In this document: piece after piece, positions 60,938-64,000 of the stretch
How positions within the stretch are numbered: position 1 is the first letter of the stretch
How the letters are laid out: each line of letters opens with the position of its first letter
Origin: an uncultured Rivularia sp.
GTDB lineage: Bacteria > Cyanobacteriota > Cyanobacteriia > Cyanobacteriales > Nostocaceae
Assembly: GCA_963665115.1 (NCBI GenBank)
Contig: OY762007.1
Location: forward strand, 4,128,001-4,192,000
Reading direction: 5' to 3'
DNA length: 64,000 nucleotides
The notes under the pieces: model-generated
What the model saw: the letters and a program-made list of their open reading frames with translations, nothing else
Databases searched by the model: none
What the model was told of the DNA's origin: nothing
Program-made: the position numbers and the translations under genes

Positions 60938-61516
60938 TTAATCTGGAAAAGCTAAACCACTTCTGGGGTCGCGGATATACAATCCTAAAGTAAGACTTCT
61001 TATAACTTCATCCCATACGGGTGTTAATTGTTCTGCTTGATCTGCCCAAAACTCATATGTAATTAAACACTGAATATTTGAACCTATAGCAATACAAGTG
61101 CGTGAAAAAGCTTCTCGTGGTTCTTCCTGAGTGTCGATAAATTTCATCTCAATCCAGACTATTCTGGCAGTTTGACGTTTTACTGTTACAATTTCACCGA
61201 CTTCAAAAGGATTGCGACTGTCATCTTCAATTATCTGTCTTAAAGTACGCTTTATCGGAAATAAACTCCAGTCTCTATCAGGTAAATGATTGTAAGATAC
61301 CTCCAAACCGCAATCATCATCTGGTGGTTTTTTATCGCAGAATCTAAACGAATTCTCTTTCGGTTCAAAATGCCAATCGTGAGGGACATTGAAACGAACA
61401 GCCCCCCTACCCGCCACAAATATCTTATGCTCCGGTGGAGATTCCCAATGATGATCGGGTTTTAGTTCAAGCGTTTCCTTAATCCACTTCAGATTGCTTT
61501 TCTTACGCTTTGCCAT
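60938..61516 (-). CDS. Hypothetical protein
   Basis: 192-aa ORF co-directional with, and 12 bp from, the DHFR-like gene. Confidence 0.7.
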   Translation of the reverse strand: MAKRKKSNLKWIKETLELKPDHHWESPPEHKIFVAGRGAVRFNVPHDWHFEPKENSFRFCDKKPPDDDCGLEVSYNHLPDRDWSLFPIKRTLRQIIEDDSRNPFEVGEIVTVKRQTARIVWIEMKFIDTQEEPREAFSRTCIAIGSNIQCLITYEFWADQAEQLTPVWDEVIRSLTLGLYIRDPRSGLAFPD

Positions 61517-61643
61517 AATTTAATCTGCTGGCTGATTTTGCACTCGTCCACTTTGACAATAGTACCAAATTCCCAAAATTTAGGTAAACTAATCGCTCTG
61601 CTGCTTTAGCATAAATATAGACTTGCACGGGAAGACAGCGATT

Positions 61644-62357
61644 ATGCCTTATAGTCAGTTTACAAATATTAGTAAAGCTAAAGAAGCTTTCGGGTTAAAA
61701 ACAAGAGAAGGCGGGAGATTTATTCTTCCTACAGAACCTATTGAACCATCAGCGACACTAACAGCTTACCTTGAAGAAAGTCTTCCCCTCGCTGCTTCCG
61801 CAAGTGAGACCACTCGGCGGTGTCAGTTTCTGTCCCGTCGAAGTGGTGAACCCGGAGGGTGAGAAAGCACGCTCGGAAGGGATTATTTTCCCGGTATTAT
61901 TAGAAGTTCGACGGATATTAAATCGAGAAATTAGTTTGTTTTCGGGAGAAGATTTCACTATTGATGAATCGATTGGATTAAATGGAAAATGCGATTTCCT
62001 TTTAAGTCGTTCCCCGGAGGTGCTTGAAATTGAAGCTCCAGCAATTGTAATTGTAGAAGCCAAAAAAGCCGACTTAAGAATCGGATTTGGACAATGTATG
62101 GCAGAAATGGTTGCAGCACAAAGATTTAACGCTGCAAAAAATCGTCCTGTTTCCGTAATCTATGGTTCGATTACCAGCGGTACTCAATGGCGATTTTTAA
62201 AGTTAGAAGAAAATATTGTGAGACCACTCGGCGGTGTCAGTTTCTGTCCCGTCGAAGTGGCGAACCCGGAGGGGTCACCATTGATTTGATGGATTATCCT
62301 CTACCACCAGTAAATGAAATTTTGGGAATTCTGGTTTGGATGGTTGAAAATGGTTAG
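61644..62357 (+). pseudogene. PD-(D/E)XK nuclease-like protein disrupted by two copies of a ~55-bp mini-element
   Basis: Removing 61806-61860 and 62220-62275 leaves 603 bp, an open 200-aa frame: MPYSQF...SEKARSE...CDFLL...IVEAKK...Q..AEM..AQ...WRFLKL. Confidence 0.75.
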
Positions 62358-62753
62358 TTTGTTAATTGGATTTACAGCCCTTTGCAGCTAAATGAGGTAC
62401 AAAGCTATATTCAGAAAGTCTTGTGGGATGGGCATCCCTGCCCGTCAGAATGTACTTCACCAAAACTAAATATGCTGTAATTCACCAGATAGCGCCATCC
62501 CCTATATCGCCTTGGAATCAATTCCCAGGCTAACAAGCAAAGTCGTCTTAAGACGACTAGGTATGGTTTTTAGTGCATTTTAACTACTTTGTATATGTGC
62601 CTTGGAATTCCCAACCGAGGTGGTTTTAAAAGCTAACTGAGAATGGTGCAAGTTATCAGGATTTCGAGGATGGTGCAAAATGTTTATTTCTACACAGCTC
62701 TATTTTTAACCAAAATCTAAGAAAATAAGAATCAAATACTTACGGTCAATATT

Positions 62754-63485
62754 ATGACTTTAAAACGTCGGCATTTCTTATACTTACTTGGAATTGGTGC
62801 GAGTACATTTGCGTTAGAGAGTTGTGCGTTAGCAGATAACTCCAAAATTGCTCAAAGTGGTTCTGGTGATATCAAATTACCTCCTTTGCCTTACGATTAC
62901 AATGCTTTGGAACCCCACATAGATGCCAAAACGATGAAGTTTCATCATGACAAGCACCATGCTGGTTACGTGAAAAACTTAAATGCAGCTTTAGGAAAGT
63001 ATCCACAACTCAAACAACAAAGTGTGGAAGAATTATTGGGGAATCTTGATAGCGTACCCGAAGACATTCGTACTACTGTAAAAAATAATGGCGGTGGGCA
63101 CGTAAACCACTCGATGTTTTGGGAAATTATGAAATCCAATGGTGGAGGGGAACCCAACGGTGCGATCGCAAATGCTATCAAGGATAATTTTGGCAGTTTC
63201 AATGACTTAAAAAATCAATTTAACGAAGCTGGAGGAAAGCGTTTTGGTAGTGGTTGGGCTTGGTTGGTATTTAATAAAGATGGCAAATTAGAAGTTATGA
63301 GTACCGCTAACCAAGATAGTCCTTTTAGCGAAGGCAAATATCCTATCATGGGTAACGACGTTTGGGAGCATGCATACTATCTTAATTACCAAAACCGTCG
63401 TAAGGATTATTTAGACGCTTGGTGGAATACGATTAATTGGGATGAGGTTAATACAAGGTTTGAAGCAGCGAAGAAATTCGTTTGA
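62754..63485 (+). CDS. sodA: Mn superoxide dismutase with Tat-type N-terminal signal
   Basis: KRRHFL twin-arginine, [27 protein letters not shown]. Confidence 0.9.
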   Translation: MTLKRRHFLYLLGIGASTFALESCALADNSKIAQSGSGDIKLPPLPYDYNALEPHIDAKTMKFHHDKHHAGYVKNLNAALGKYPQLKQQSVEELLGNLDSVPEDIRTTVKNNGGGHVNHSMFWEIMKSNGGGEPNGAIANAIKDNFGSFNDLKNQFNEAGGKRFGSGWAWLVFNKDGKLEVMSTANQDSPFSEGKYPIMGNDVWEHAYYLNYQNRRKDYLDAWWNTINWDEVNTRFEAAKKFV

Positions 63486-63593
63486 GCTTAAATAAAAATT
63501 TATAAACCCGGTTTTTTGAAAAACCGGGTTTACTGATGTATTGTCAATTAAAAAGGAACTTGCTCGTTGATTGAATAATTATTGTCCAAGGAA

Positions 63594-64000
63594 TTATCCT
63601 TTTAGTATTTTTTTCATTGTTAAAGAATTATCGGATTTACTAACAACTTCAAAGCCTAAATGGTGATAAAGCTGCAATGCTGGATTATCTGAAGATACAC
63701 TTAAAGAAATTGCTGGATATAAATCTCTTACTCTTTTCAATAAATCTAAAATTAACTTTGTCCCAATACCTTGGTTACGATATTCTGGTAAAACAGCAAT
63801 TGAGAGTTCGGGTGTTTTATCATTAATATATCCATAACCAGGATTATTAATATTAAGCAAGCGAATCCATGTAGCTCCGATAGCAGTTTGATTAGACTCT
63901 AACACTGCAATCAAACCAATATCTGAAGTTTGCCAATTTTGAACATATTTTGCAAATTCTGGTTGATAAATTATCTTTTTTGGTAAAGGTGTAGTTCCTG
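63594..64000 (-). CDS. GNAT family N-acetyltransferase (5' end outside window)
   Basis: PELSIAVLPEYRNQGIGTKL motif A, NPALQLYHHLGF. Confidence 0.85.
   Translation of the reverse strand, partial: GTTPLPKKIIYQPEFAKYVQNWQTSDIGLIAVLESNQTAIGATWIRLLNINNPGYGYINDKTPELSIAVLPEYRNQGIGTKLILDLLKRVRDLYPAISLSVSSDNPALQLYHHLGFEVVSKSDNSLTMKKILKG

Larger units (their letters stand above)
38333..64000. mobile_element. Left end of a canonical-site nifD element; right end and its recombinase not in window (extent inferred)
   Basis: GGATTACTCCG, the known xisA-element site in nifD, at 38333-38343. No GPYHGYDGF segment or nifK follows within the window. Confidence 0.6.

Overview
This window is the nif region of a heterocyst-forming cyanobacterium (GCGATCGC HIP1 sites, heptamer tandem repeats, nifB-fdxN-nifS-nifU-nifH-nifD order). 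The nitrogenase genes are cut into pieces by stacked excision elements. nifH is in four pieces separated by three elements: 1836 bp (ACTTAGA repeats), 1729 bp (TCCGCGAAGGAAAA repeats) and 21885 bp (CTACACC repeats, serine recombinase). Joining at these repeats gives an intact 894-bp, 297-aa NifH. nifD is cut by a 1688-bp element (CGATTAA repeats) and again at the classic GGATTACTCCG site, whose partner end is not in the window. A further XisA-like recombinase lies in the non-coding region upstream of nifB and may mark an element that splits the nif regulatory region rather than a CDS. The 21.9-kb nifH element carries a secretion/peptide module: RTX-type proteins, an S8 protease, a TpsA-like protein, a C39 ABC transporter, HlyD and three double-glycine precursors, with a shared TATCAACTTT upstream motif. 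Downstream of the second nifD break is an unusual biosynthetic cluster: a GULO-like aldonolactone oxidase and a galacturonate-reductase-like enzyme (possible ascorbate-type pathway), an FATP-like ligase, and an oxalate-ligase-ACP / ICL-family lyase / C-A-T-TE NRPS set (possible N-oxalyl-amino acid). An EF-G paralog, Mn-SOD and small mobile repeats follow. Several frameshifts fall in homopolymer runs and are probably sequencing errors. All family assignments come from motif recognition, not database searches.
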